The notes under the pieces: generated by a model
What the model was told of the DNA's origin: nothing
Databases searched by the model: none
The model's input: the letters and a program-made list of their open reading frames with translations, nothing else
In this document: positions 27,813 through 36,668 of the stretch, piece by piece
Numbering within the stretch: position 1 is the stretch's first letter
Layout of the letters: each line of letters begins with the position of its first letter
Source: an uncultured Eubacteriales bacterium
GTDB lineage: Bacteria > Bacillota > Clostridia > Christensenellales > CAG-138
Assembly (NCBI GenBank): GCA_900547135.1
Contig: URFJ01000002.1
Coordinates: 1 to 51,544, forward strand
Length of the DNA: 51,544 nucleotides
Direction: 5' to 3'
Program-made: the position numbers and the translations under genes

Positions 27813-28795
27813 TAAGAAATTCTGAGCTTAAGCATATTGCCCTGTTTTGTCTGACAGCCTCAGCTGCATTTTCGACCGTTGGCTTTTGCCTGTTTGGCAG
27901 TGCAGGCTGGCTCGTCCTTTTGGCCTGCGCCGTCTTTTCTGCATTCATATTCATAATATCTAGGTCAAGGCTTCGCTCCATTGCAAAACTCTCGGATCAG
28001 CTGTGCGGAATAATGCACGGCGGGACCGTGCTTGACATATCGGGGGAGGTAGAGGGCGACCTATCCATATTAAAAAGCGAAATATATAAGATGACGGTAA
28101 CGCTTCGCGAGCAAGCGGATCAGCTTACGACTGAAAAGCAGGCGCTGGCGGATTCGCTGTCCGATATATCGCATCAATTAAAGACCCCTCTTACATCGAT
28201 GATGATTACAGCGTCGCTTATGACCGGTGAAAAGGACGAGGCAACGCTGGGAGGGTATATTCGCGATATCGAGTCCCTTATTCAAGGCATGAGCTTTTTG
28301 GTTTCATCGCTTCTTAAGATCTCGCGCCTTGACGCGGGCATGGCTGGGCTTGTTTCCAGCAGGGCGCTGTTAAAGGATGTGGTAGAAAAGGCGTGCGCGC
28401 CGCTGTTTATTCCAATGGAATTGCGCGAGGTAAACCTAATCGTAGAAGGCGACCCTAAAGCCTCCTTTAAGGGCGACATCAACTGGATGGCCGAGGCAAT
28501 GACAAACGTGATAAAGAACTGTATGGAGCACACCCCACCAGGGGGAACGGTAACGGTTAACTATTTCGAGAACCCGCTCTACTCCCTTATAACCGTCTTT
28601 GACACTGGAGGGGGAATAAGCAGAGAGGATCTGCCCCATATATTCGACAGGTTTTACAGGGGTGAAAACGCAGCGGAAGGAAGCGTTGGCATAGGGCTGG
28701 CGCTTGCCAGGAGAATAGCGGAAGAGCACAACGGTACCCTGAGCGCCCATAATAGCGATAACGGAGCTGTGTTTGAGCTTAGGATATATAAATAA
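27809..28795 (+). CDS. Sensor histidine kinase, intramembrane-sensing type (two TM helices, minimal outer loop)
   Basis: The start overlaps the regulator stop (ATGA). It has two N-terminal TM helices only, an H-box (DISHQLKTPLTSM), an N-box (NVIKNCMEHT) and G-boxes (DTGGGI, GIGLALA). Confidence 0.88.
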   Translation: MIRNSELKHIALFCLTASAAFSTVGFCLFGSAGWLVLLACAVFSAFIFIISRSRLRSIAKLSDQLCGIMHGGTVLDISGEVEGDLSILKSEIYKMTVTLREQADQLTTEKQALADSLSDISHQLKTPLTSMMITASLMTGEKDEATLGGYIRDIESLIQGMSFLVSSLLKISRLDAGMAGLVSSRALLKDVVEKACAPLFIPMELREVNLIVEGDPKASFKGDINWMAEAMTNVIKNCMEHTPPGGTVTVNYFENPLYSLITVFDTGGGISREDLPHIFDRFYRGENAAEGSVGIGLALARRIAEEHNGTLSAHNSDNGAVFELRIYK

Positions 28796-28800
28796 AGCCG

Positions 28801-28830
28801 AAAGTGACATATTTGTAATTTTAAAGTCAC
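28801..28830 (+). promoter_or_regulatory. Candidate response-regulator binding site upstream of the ABC genes
   Basis: Direct repeat AAAGTGAC (28801-28808) and AAAGTCAC (28823-28830), 22 bp apart centre to centre. The first repeat overlaps TGACA-TATT-TGTAA (28805-28818). A possible -10 TATACT sits at 28852-28857 with no good -35. Confidence 0.35.
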
Positions 28831-28860
28831 CCAATAGTAAGAGACGCGGCTTATACTTAA

Positions 28861-28901
28861 CTCCGTACAGAGCGTTATGTAAATGCGGAGCACTTTTTTT
28901 T
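28861..28901 (+). terminator. Hairpin plus T8 tract between kinase and ABC ATPase genes (terminator or leader attenuator)
   Basis: CTCCGTACA...TGTAAATGCGGAG interrupted stem followed by CACTTTTTTTT, just before the AAAGGAGAG Shine-Dalgarno of the ATPase gene. Confidence 0.4.
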
Positions 28902-28918
28902 GAAAGGAGAGCAAGGAT

Positions 28919-29602
28919 ATGGAGATATTGAGGGTGGAGCACCTGTCAAAGATTTATGGTACGGGCGAGAATGCCGTGAAGGCGTTGGACAATGTATCGT
29001 TTTCAGTGCATAAGGGGGATTTTGTAGCCATTACCGGTCCATCCGGTTCGGGGAAGTCGACGTTATTGCATATACTTGGCGGCGTTGACGAGCCGACGGC
29101 AGGAAAGGTATACGTCGACGGCAAGGATGTATATTCGCAAAACTCCGAGCAGCTGGCCGTATTCAGGCGCAGGCAGGTGGGGCTTATATATCAGTTCTAC
29201 AACCTTATACCTGTACTTGACGTAAGGGAGAATATTACACTGCCACTGCTCCTGGATGGGCGTAAGGTAAACGCCGGGTACTATAACGAACTTCTTAATA
29301 CCCTTGATTTAAAGGAGCGGGAGAAGCATCTTCCCAACCAGTTATCTGGCGGGCAGCAGCAGAGGGTATCAATAGGCAGGGCGCTTATCAATACGCCGGC
29401 GATTATGCTTGCGGACGAGCCGACCGGCAACCTGGACAGCAAGAACAGCAGGGAAATAATCGACCTTCTCAGGCTTTCCAACAAGAAATACGACCAAACC
29501 CTTATCATAATTACGCATGATGAGAACATCGCGCTGCAGGCCGACAGGATTATCACGATAGAGGACGGCCAGATCTCAAGGGATGAGGTAATACGCAAAT
29601 GA
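28919..29602 (+). CDS. ABC transporter ATP-binding protein (MacB/FtsE-like)
   Basis: 227 aa. Walker A GPSGSGKST, signature LSGGQQQR, Walker B MLADEPTGNLD. Confidence 0.92.
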   Translation: MEILRVEHLSKIYGTGENAVKALDNVSFSVHKGDFVAITGPSGSGKSTLLHILGGVDEPTAGKVYVDGKDVYSQNSEQLAVFRRRQVGLIYQFYNLIPVLDVRENITLPLLLDGRKVNAGYYNELLNTLDLKEREKHLPNQLSGGQQQRVSIGRALINTPAIMLADEPTGNLDSKNSREIIDLLRLSNKKYDQTLIIITHDENIALQADRIITIEDGQISRDEVIRK

Positions 29603-29672
29603 GAACGTTGAACAACGTTAATATAAGCGTGTATAGCATGTTATATAAAAACCGTTTGGTTACGGCAGGGAG

Positions 29673-32321
29673 GTGACGACTGTGAGCATAATGCATTCGG
29701 TAACCATGAGGCAGATGAAGCTTAATAAGCGCAGGACCATTGTAACTATCATGGGCGTAATCATATCGGTGGCAATGATCACCGCCGTTACAACATTTGC
29801 CGCTACGTTAATGGATTACCTTGGACAAAATGTAATAATGTCCTCTGGAGAATGGTACGGTTGCTATAAAGAGGTACCTGCAGAAAAGGTGCAGGATATT
29901 TCGGATGCGCAATGCGTTGATGAAAGCTTTCTTATAGAATCTTTAGGCTATTCCAGGCTTGAGGGAGGGAAAAACGAGGATAAGCCATACCTGTATTATG
30001 TGGCGCTTGACGATACCGCAATGGAAAGGATGAGGATTGAATCAAAGCTGATTGAGGGCAGGCTTCCGGCTAATGGCAATGAAATAGTAATACCAGACCA
30101 TATCAGAACAAACGCTGGCATAGAGTACAAGATTGGCGATGTTATTGAGGCTGATATAGGTGAACGGATTATAAATACAGGGCTTGAAACTATTGTAACC
30201 AAAAGTCAGTCTTATAGCTACAGGCTGTTTGACTATAGCGGCGCTGAAGCAGATGTAAACGTAACGGAGGAGCTTTCCCCAAAACAGCATAGAAGTTTTA
30301 CGATCGTAGGCATAATGATGCGGCCAGATTGGGAGGATTACAGATCACCGGGATATACGTCTATTACAGTATATGAAGGCAATGCCAAGTCCGCCGATAT
30401 TTATATCCTAAAGGATAATCCCATGCCGTCGCTGTATAACGATATGGTAGCACTTGCTAAAAGCGGGGGCGTGCAGCTTGAGGTGAATGACGACCTGCTT
30501 ATGTGTAAAGGTATCTTACCGCTTTCTGCCATAAGTATAACGCTGTACAGCGTGGTGCTGATAGTGGTATTGATAATCATGGCGGGAGCTGTCAGCATGA
30601 TACGGAACGCTTTCTATATCTCAATGGGTGAAAGACGAAAGTATATGGGCGTTATGTCTGGAGTGGGCGCAACCGCAAAGCAAAAGCGCATGGGAGTTTA
30701 CGCGGAGGCAGCCGTTATAGGATCAATCGGAATACCTCTTGGAATTTTAGCCGGCATAGGCGGTATGGCTATAACCTTTGCCCTGCTTAACCCCACCATA
30801 GCTGATCTTTCGACATACGGGCTTGGGTTTAAAACAACGGTTTCCTTGATATCGGTGGTGGCCGCCGTTGTGTTCTCAGCGGTCACGATATATATATCCG
30901 CGCTTGTTCCGGCGATAAAGAGCGGGAGGATAAGCCCAATGGCAGCGATACGCCAAAGCGATGATGTAAGAATCAGGAGGCGCAGTATCAGGACCTTTGG
31001 CATTACGAGAAAACTGTTTGGTTTTGAAGCTGAACTTTCATTAAAAAACATCAAAAGAAACCCTAAAAGCTACAGAACTACCGTTAGCGCCTTGGCGGTC
31101 AGCGTAATACTGTTTCTTACAGTTGTGTATTTTATGGGACAGTTCATGGACGTAGGCGCCTTAAAGGGAGCCGGCGTAGAAATGTCGGATATGCAGATTG
31201 GATACAGTTTCAATGAAGATGAAGGTGCAGCATATGAGGATATGCAGATAGCAGATAAAATTTCATCGCTAAGCGGTATTTCGGGAGCGGAGACCGTTAT
31301 ACACAGCAACAGCTTAATCAGCGGGGCTGCTGACAAGGAATTATTCACTGATAAATTCAGTGAAATGAGAAAGCAATATGACAATGAGGATATAGATATT
31401 AACGGCATTCGCATTTTGGCTGTGGATGATAATACCCTATCGAGGCTGGCGAATGATTCGGGGACGAGTTTAGAACAGTTAAAGTCGGAAATGGGCTGCA
31501 TAGTCCTGAATAACATGAACATACTGGACTATTCCGAGGCCGGCGATATGCGAGTTGATAACATACAGGTATTCAGGCAGCTGGCGGTTGGCTCAAGCAT
31601 ATCGGTAAAAAAAACCCAAGGAACGGAAGAGCTTAAGATAATCGGCCTTTCCAGCGCAAAACCTCAGTTTGTGGGACCGTATCAGACTGGAGTCAGCTAC
31701 ACCGTTGCAATCTCAGTTGACACTTTAAAGGAACTGCTGGGGGGAAAATTAGGGTCCGATTCCTATTGCAGAATATACATAAAGCTTGAGGATGAAAAGC
31801 ACTATGAATCCGTGTTATCATCTACAAATGAATTGAAAAAGCAGTTCAGCACCGACGCGGATGCGATGATATACGATAACATAGCAAACGCCCGTGAGGC
31901 CAGGCAGCTGTCAATGGTGGTTTCTGTATTCGGAATAGGCTTTGTAACGCTAATATCGCTTGTTGGCGTTACAAATATAATCAATACGGTGTCTACGGGA
32001 ATAGATCTGAGAACGAGGGAATTCGCGATGCTTAAGTCGGTCGGAATAACGCCTAAGGGTTTCAATAAGATGATAAGGTTCGAGAGCCTGTTCTACGGGC
32101 TAAAGGCCCTTATGTGGGGATTACCGATAAGCATGATCTTAATGCTGCTGTTAAACACGGAAATGGGAATGACATTCTCCTTCGCTTTCAGGTTACCGTT
32201 GCTTGAAATGGCGCTAGTGAGCGGGGGAATATTTGTGGTAACGGGAATAACAATGCTGTATGCGACGGGTAAGGTTAAAAGGCAGAATATTATGGATGGC
32301 TTAAGAAGCGACAATATATAA
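29673..32321 (+). CDS. ABC transporter permease with two FtsX/MacB-type modules and two large extracytoplasmic domains
   Basis: 882 aa. The pattern TM, ~240-aa loop, 3 TM is repeated twice. The exact start is uncertain (GTG 29673/29682 or ATG 29691). Confidence 0.85.
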   Translation: MTTVSIMHSVTMRQMKLNKRRTIVTIMGVIISVAMITAVTTFAATLMDYLGQNVIMSSGEWYGCYKEVPAEKVQDISDAQCVDESFLIESLGYSRLEGGKNEDKPYLYYVALDDTAMERMRIESKLIEGRLPANGNEIVIPDHIRTNAGIEYKIGDVIEADIGERIINTGLETIVTKSQSYSYRLFDYSGAEADVNVTEELSPKQHRSFTIVGIMMRPDWEDYRSPGYTSITVYEGNAKSADIYILKDNPMPSLYNDMVALAKSGGVQLEVNDDLLMCKGILPLSAISITLYSVVLIVVLIIMAGAVSMIRNAFYISMGERRKYMGVMSGVGATAKQKRMGVYAEAAVIGSIGIPLGILAGIGGMAITFALLNPTIADLSTYGLGFKTTVSLISVVAAVVFSAVTIYISALVPAIKSGRISPMAAIRQSDDVRIRRRSIRTFGITRKLFGFEAELSLKNIKRNPKSYRTTVSALAVSVILFLTVVYFMGQFMDVGALKGAGVEMSDMQIGYSFNEDEGAAYEDMQIADKISSLSGISGAETVIHSNSLISGAADKELFTDKFSEMRKQYDNEDIDINGIRILAVDDNTLSRLANDSGTSLEQLKSEMGCIVLNNMNILDYSEAGDMRVDNIQVFRQLAVGSSISVKKTQGTEELKIIGLSSAKPQFVGPYQTGVSYTVAISVDTLKELLGGKLGSDSYCRIYIKLEDEKHYESVLSSTNELKKQFSTDADAMIYDNIANAREARQLSMVVSVFGIGFVTLISLVGVTNIINTVSTGIDLRTREFAMLKSVGITPKGFNKMIRFESLFYGLKALMWGLPISMILMLLLNTEMGMTFSFAFRLPLLEMALVSGGIFVVTGITMLYATGKVKRQNIMDGLRSDNI

Positions 32322-32386
32322 AAACGTTCCATAAATCGCGATTCTTATAAAGCAACCAGCCGTGTGGCTAACATGCGGGCATAAAA

Positions 32387-32417
32387 AGCTATTGGGGGAA
32401 GCTATCCCCCAATAGCT
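32387..32417. terminator. Strong hairpin downstream of the ABC permease
   Basis: 13-bp stem AGCTATTGGGGGA/TCCCCCAATAGCT with a 5-nt loop. An A-run lies on the 5' side and GATTT on the 3' side. Confidence 0.5.
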
Positions 32418-32719
32418 GATTTAAACATGAGCGGTTCAATAAACGCCGCTTTTTCACTTTTAGATTCTCCCTTTTATTAAACCCCTGTGTCAATCAATGA
32501 AGGGGTTTATAATACCTAATAATTATAGCATAACAGTTTATATTTTCGGCATAAGACGACGTTAAATTAATAAATATGGGTTAAATAGGATTAGCGGTAG
32601 GACAGGCCGGCATAGTGATATACGGACTGAATTTGCAGCTTAAATTTATGTTTTGGACGTTAGTTTATTTAACATAATTGTATCGAGTATTGTAAACTCT
32701 AAAGCTGGAGGGATAAAGC

Positions 32720-33853
32720 ATGAGCGTTGAACTGAGGGCCTTTTTGAGGCTGCTGTTAAGGGCATTGATCGTCCTTATAGCGGTCTTAATAACTATATGG
32801 GCCGGTCCCGCAGTATGGCTGGCGCTTTCACCGTTTATAATAGCGTTTTTTATTGCCCATCTTCTACAAAAGCCGATAACTCTTTTTACGTCGCGGCTTA
32901 GGATGCACAGAACCGCAGCAAGCATAATATGGACCTTTATGTTCTATATTGCTGTTGCGGCGGCCGTATACTTAATTGTGCACACAAGCATAAGCCAGCT
33001 CTTGCAAGCCGCCAATAACTATCAGCACCTGATAACCGGAATTATAGGGATGCTTGAAAGCGCCACTGATTGGGTATTAGGATTCATAAACAATATGGAT
33101 CCAGGGCTGCAGGAGACGCTCAACAGCGCTTTTACCTCCGTATCCACATGGCTTACAAATGTGATTTCGGAGACAGCGTCAGGAATAATAAAATCTACCG
33201 TAGACTTTGCCTCTCACCTGCCAACCGCGTTTATCTATGCCAACTTTCTCATATTCGGAACATACTTTATAGCAAAGGATTATGGCCGCATTCGTAAACG
33301 GATCAATGATATGTTCGCCGTTAACACGAACGAAAGGGTACGCCTCACCCTGACAAGCCTGAGAAAGGGCGTTTTTGGCTACCTGAAGGTTGAAACCATC
33401 TACGCGCTTATGGTATTCGTAATCTCGTCTGCCGTATTGTCTATATATGGGCAGGAATACTCCCTGATTATTGCCTTCATCCTGGCTGTGCTTGAGTTCC
33501 TTCCCCTTTTCGCCAATGGAACGCTCTTGATTCCATGGTCAATAGTATGCTTTTTAATAGGAGACATATCGCGGGGCATAATGCTTGCGGTTTTATATCT
33601 TGTTCAGATGTCCATAAGGCGCTTTACCGAGCCAAAGCTGCTCAGCAGTAACATGGGATTAACCCCTATTGCGTCCCTAATAGGAATGTATGCTGGAACA
33701 AGGCTTTACGGTGTACTGGGATTGATATTTGGCCCTATAGCTATACTTGTTCTCATAAATATCTATAGGGCAAACGCCTTTGAAGGAATGACGGCGGACG
33801 CAAAGTGCGTCTTTAAGGGAATAAGCAGATGGCTTAAACGCAGGGATTGTTAA
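32720..33853 (+). CDS. ytvI: AI-2E/UPF0118 family membrane permease, YtvI-like (sporulation integral membrane protein)
   Basis: 377 aa, ~8 TM. GGAGGG Shine-Dalgarno. The family-typical C-terminal block is EPKLLSSNMGLTPIASLIGMYAG..LYGVLGLIFGP. Confidence 0.7.
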   Translation: MSVELRAFLRLLLRALIVLIAVLITIWAGPAVWLALSPFIIAFFIAHLLQKPITLFTSRLRMHRTAASIIWTFMFYIAVAAAVYLIVHTSISQLLQAANNYQHLITGIIGMLESATDWVLGFINNMDPGLQETLNSAFTSVSTWLTNVISETASGIIKSTVDFASHLPTAFIYANFLIFGTYFIAKDYGRIRKRINDMFAVNTNERVRLTLTSLRKGVFGYLKVETIYALMVFVISSAVLSIYGQEYSLIIAFILAVLEFLPLFANGTLLIPWSIVCFLIGDISRGIMLAVLYLVQMSIRRFTEPKLLSSNMGLTPIASLIGMYAGTRLYGVLGLIFGPIAILVLINIYRANAFEGMTADAKCVFKGISRWLKRRDC

Positions 33854-33952
33854 TAGATAGCTGCTGCCATATTGTTCTGGCATTTAAAGAAGGGCGATGC
33901 ACGCACATGAAGGGTTTTTATGTTCGGATAAATATTAGATAATTTAAAATAC

Positions 33953-33981
33953 AAAAGCAGGCCGTATTATGGCCTGCTTTT
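33953..33981. terminator. Bidirectional intrinsic terminator between convergent genes
   Basis: AAAAGCAGGCC-GTATTAT-GGCCTGCTTTT, with an A/T tract on both sides. Confidence 0.75.
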
Positions 33982-33998
33982 AATATCATATCCTGGAA

Positions 33999-35057
33999 TT
34001 ACTTGGATCTTTTGCGCAATACTACCGTGCCTGCGCCGACGGTGATCATTCCGATAGCCAGTGCTATAGCTGAGACAGCGCCTGCCTTCGGCGGGTCGGG
34101 ATCTTCAACGGGAGGAGTGGGCTCTGATCCGGTCTTAGCGAACTCAACCTTTACGTCGATATCAGCATCAACGCCTTGAAGTACCAGTATAAATCCTTCA
34201 ATAAGGTCTGAATCTTCGCACTCAAGATCATCGAAATCAACAGCTTCGCCATTTATGGTTATAGCTGAGATTACATATGATTCATTAGGTACAATTTCTA
34301 TTGAAGCATCTTCACCAGCTACAACCGTCTGGGTTTCGGGGGATACGGTTCCGCCTTCGCCAGCTTCAGCCGTTACGGTGAACGTCTCAACGCCCTCTAC
34401 TAAATAGTGGGCAGTGATGACCGTGTTCTCGGTTATGTTGGTATAGTCACCTTCCCAACCTATAAAGTTATATCCCTCATGAACGGGAGGCTCGGGCGGA
34501 ACGGCGTCCATGCCCTCTTCAACGGACTGAGTTTCAATGATTTCTTCGGTGAGTCCGTCGACAAAGGTTACTTCATACATAACTACTTGGGGCGCCGTTA
34601 TAGCTCCGTTAGTAGGAATGACTGTACTGGCGTCAACGTCAATGGTGCGCTCGTCGATGATCGTGGCCGCGCTGCCAACTTCCAAAACCGTAATCGGAGT
34701 GGTTTCGCTGAAGTTTTCGCTTACGTCAAACTTGAGACAGAAAGCGGTTTCCGTGCCATAATTACCTTCATGATGCATTACAGCAATACGGAGCAGGCCA
34801 GGTACACCATCGTTTACAGTGACCATTGCGTCGGCCTCATATCCCGCATAGGTAAGCACCTCGGGATCATATCCAATTCTAACCTCGATAGCGGCGAGAT
34901 TCGGCATGGTGAAAGGGACCAGAACGCCTGTTTCTCCAGCTTCGGCTTCAACTGTGCCTACCACAAACGTATAGGTCTGCGGTTCTGTTGCCTGCGTCAG
35001 CGAAAATGCGCCGAAAGCCAGCACCAGTGATAAAACGATTGCAAGTGTTCTCTTCAT
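33999..35057 (-). CDS. Cell-surface protein: cohesin-like domain, Listeria-Bacteroides (Flg_new-type) repeat, Ig-like region, C-terminal PPKAG + TM + basic tail
   Basis: AAGGAGGAG Shine-Dalgarno then ATG 35057 (MKRTLAIVLSLVLAFGAFSLTQA); the longer track start 35180 is unlikely. Cohesin-like block EAGETGVLVPFTMPNLAAIEVRIGYDPEVLTYAGYE. Repeat block HEGYNFIGWEGDYTNITENTVITAHY. C-terminus PPKAGAVSAIALAIGMITVGAGTVVLRKRSK. Confidence 0.75.
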   Translation of the reverse strand: MKRTLAIVLSLVLAFGAFSLTQATEPQTYTFVVGTVEAEAGETGVLVPFTMPNLAAIEVRIGYDPEVLTYAGYEADAMVTVNDGVPGLLRIAVMHHEGNYGTETAFCLKFDVSENFSETTPITVLEVGSAATIIDERTIDVDASTVIPTNGAITAPQVVMYEVTFVDGLTEEIIETQSVEEGMDAVPPEPPVHEGYNFIGWEGDYTNITENTVITAHYLVEGVETFTVTAEAGEGGTVSPETQTVVAGEDASIEIVPNESYVISAITINGEAVDFDDLECEDSDLIEGFILVLQGVDADIDVKVEFAKTGSEPTPPVEDPDPPKAGAVSAIALAIGMITVGAGTVVLRKRSK

Positions 35058-35367
35058 GTTCTCCTCCTTGAAGTTATCATATTGTGGATACATGCATGGA
35101 GATAATCCAAGGCCGCCTAATCGTCCATAGTACAGCATGGCCACCATAAGGGCGATAAGTCTATCAAAAACAGCACACATCCATGTTTCAGCTAAATTAT
35201 ATCATTGTATCAGCGCTATTACAAGGTAAAATAGCAGAAAATTAATGAACATAAATTTAAATTTATCTTTAACGGAATGCCTGTAGCGATTAAAATCGAC
35301 CTTATATTCTATGAGCCGATATTGTTTAAACGCGGTTTTTGCTTTATATCATTAACCTAGCGCCAAA

Positions 35368-36054
35368 TTAGTGCTGAAATACAAATATTGATATGGTAAT
35401 TATGTTACAATTATCTGAAATATTGGAGTATGCTTCCATGATAAACGGACCGTATGCCGAGTCGCGGCGCTTTTGATCGTCAATGGTTTCGCCGGCAGTG
35501 TGCCACATCGTCAGCGCGCCTGCGTAATTAAGCCTTGCTTTTATGCAAAACGCCTGTGACAGTGCGATATATGTATCTTTAAGCCATAAAAGATAAGAAT
35601 TGTACAGCTCAATCTCATGCTCGTATAAATCCATGAGGATAAGGGATTCTTCCGCAGGCTTTTCAGGTTTAGGGGCAATGCGCGCGATAAGGGTAAAGGA
35701 TTCTGCAAGGCCGGTTTGGCCTACTGAGATTATAAGGTCGGTCCCGCCAATGGGAGAGTCCGCAAAACCGTATTTATGCACGTTCCCGCTCTTGCTGATA
35801 ATGACAGGCGTTGTTTTTAAACCGTACAATTCAGCGTTTTCTAAAAAGGCGTCAATGGAAATACAGTTTTCAAATATAATTAAATCTATCGGTGACTGCG
35901 TTTGATACGGGGAGGCGTTTGCAGCGGGTGAGGCGGTAATTTCAAATGATGTAGAAACGTCTCCGATAATGAAAAGTAACGAACAAAACGCGAGAAGCAC
36001 AGCCACCGCTATTATACTCATCCAGGCAGTTGCGGATTTGTTTTTGCTGTCCAT
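35368..36054 (-). CDS. Membrane-anchored hypothetical protein
   Basis: 228-aa ORF with one N-terminal TM helix (WMSIIAVAVLLAFCSLLFII). No family recognised. Confidence 0.5.
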   Translation of the reverse strand: MDSKNKSATAWMSIIAVAVLLAFCSLLFIIGDVSTSFEITASPAANASPYQTQSPIDLIIFENCISIDAFLENAELYGLKTTPVIISKSGNVHKYGFADSPIGGTDLIISVGQTGLAESFTLIARIAPKPEKPAEESLILMDLYEHEIELYNSYLLWLKDTYIALSQAFCIKARLNYAGALTMWHTAGETIDDQKRRDSAYGPFIMEAYSNISDNCNIITISIFVFQH

Positions 36055-36125
36055 TATAATACTCCACTATAAAATTGTATAACTATTCTATCATAAGATC
36101 GTTCAATTTACAATAATACCCTAAT

Positions 36126-36659
36126 AGGCAAAGCGGGCAGTACTGTACAGCGGAAATAAAAAGTATAAGGGATTGGCACAAATCGGTTATTGTGAGTTCG
36201 CTAAAAGGCAAAAGCTGAAAAAAAGTACAAATCCCTCATTGAGACTGTAACACAAAATACGAAGTACAAGCAATCCCTAGTGTGCTATGCCAAAAAATTT
36301 GGCGTGGCACGCGCCTCGCGCAAATACAACCGCGCTCGTTCAACTATTTATTCCTGGCTTTCCAGATACGATGGACCATTGAATCGCTGACCGACCATTC
36401 CAGACGTCCCTTGTCCCATCCGAATCAGCAACCCAGGCTGAGGCCCATTCAGGACATGCGGCGAAGGAATCCGAAGATGGGCCTAATCGACCTTTGGTGC
36501 AGGCTTCGTGACAGAGGCTATAGCCGTTGCCCGGAAAGCCTGTATCGGGTAACTCAAACGCACCGGCATATACTCCGAAGCCTTATCAGCAGAAGACCTA
36601 TCCCGGCGGGCGCGTTCAAGTTGACATAAAAGTAGTTCAGCGCGCCTGCTGTGTGGATA
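36126..36659 (+). mobile_element. Truncated, frameshifted 5' half of the same IS481-family element (inverted relative to 13518..14524)
   Basis: Nucleotide matches to the reverse complement of copy A, e.g. GGATTGGCACAAATCGGTTATTGTGAGTT (36170-36198) and AAAGTAGTTC[A/C]GCGCGCCTGCTGTGTGGATA (ending 36659). It encodes CYAKKFGVARASRKYNRARSTIYSW and SRRPLSHPNQ...DMRRRNPKMGLIDLWCRLRDRGYSRCPESLYRV in different frames. Homology stops 10 nt before the hflX stop codon. Confidence 0.75.
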
Positions 36660-36668
36660 CCCCATAAG

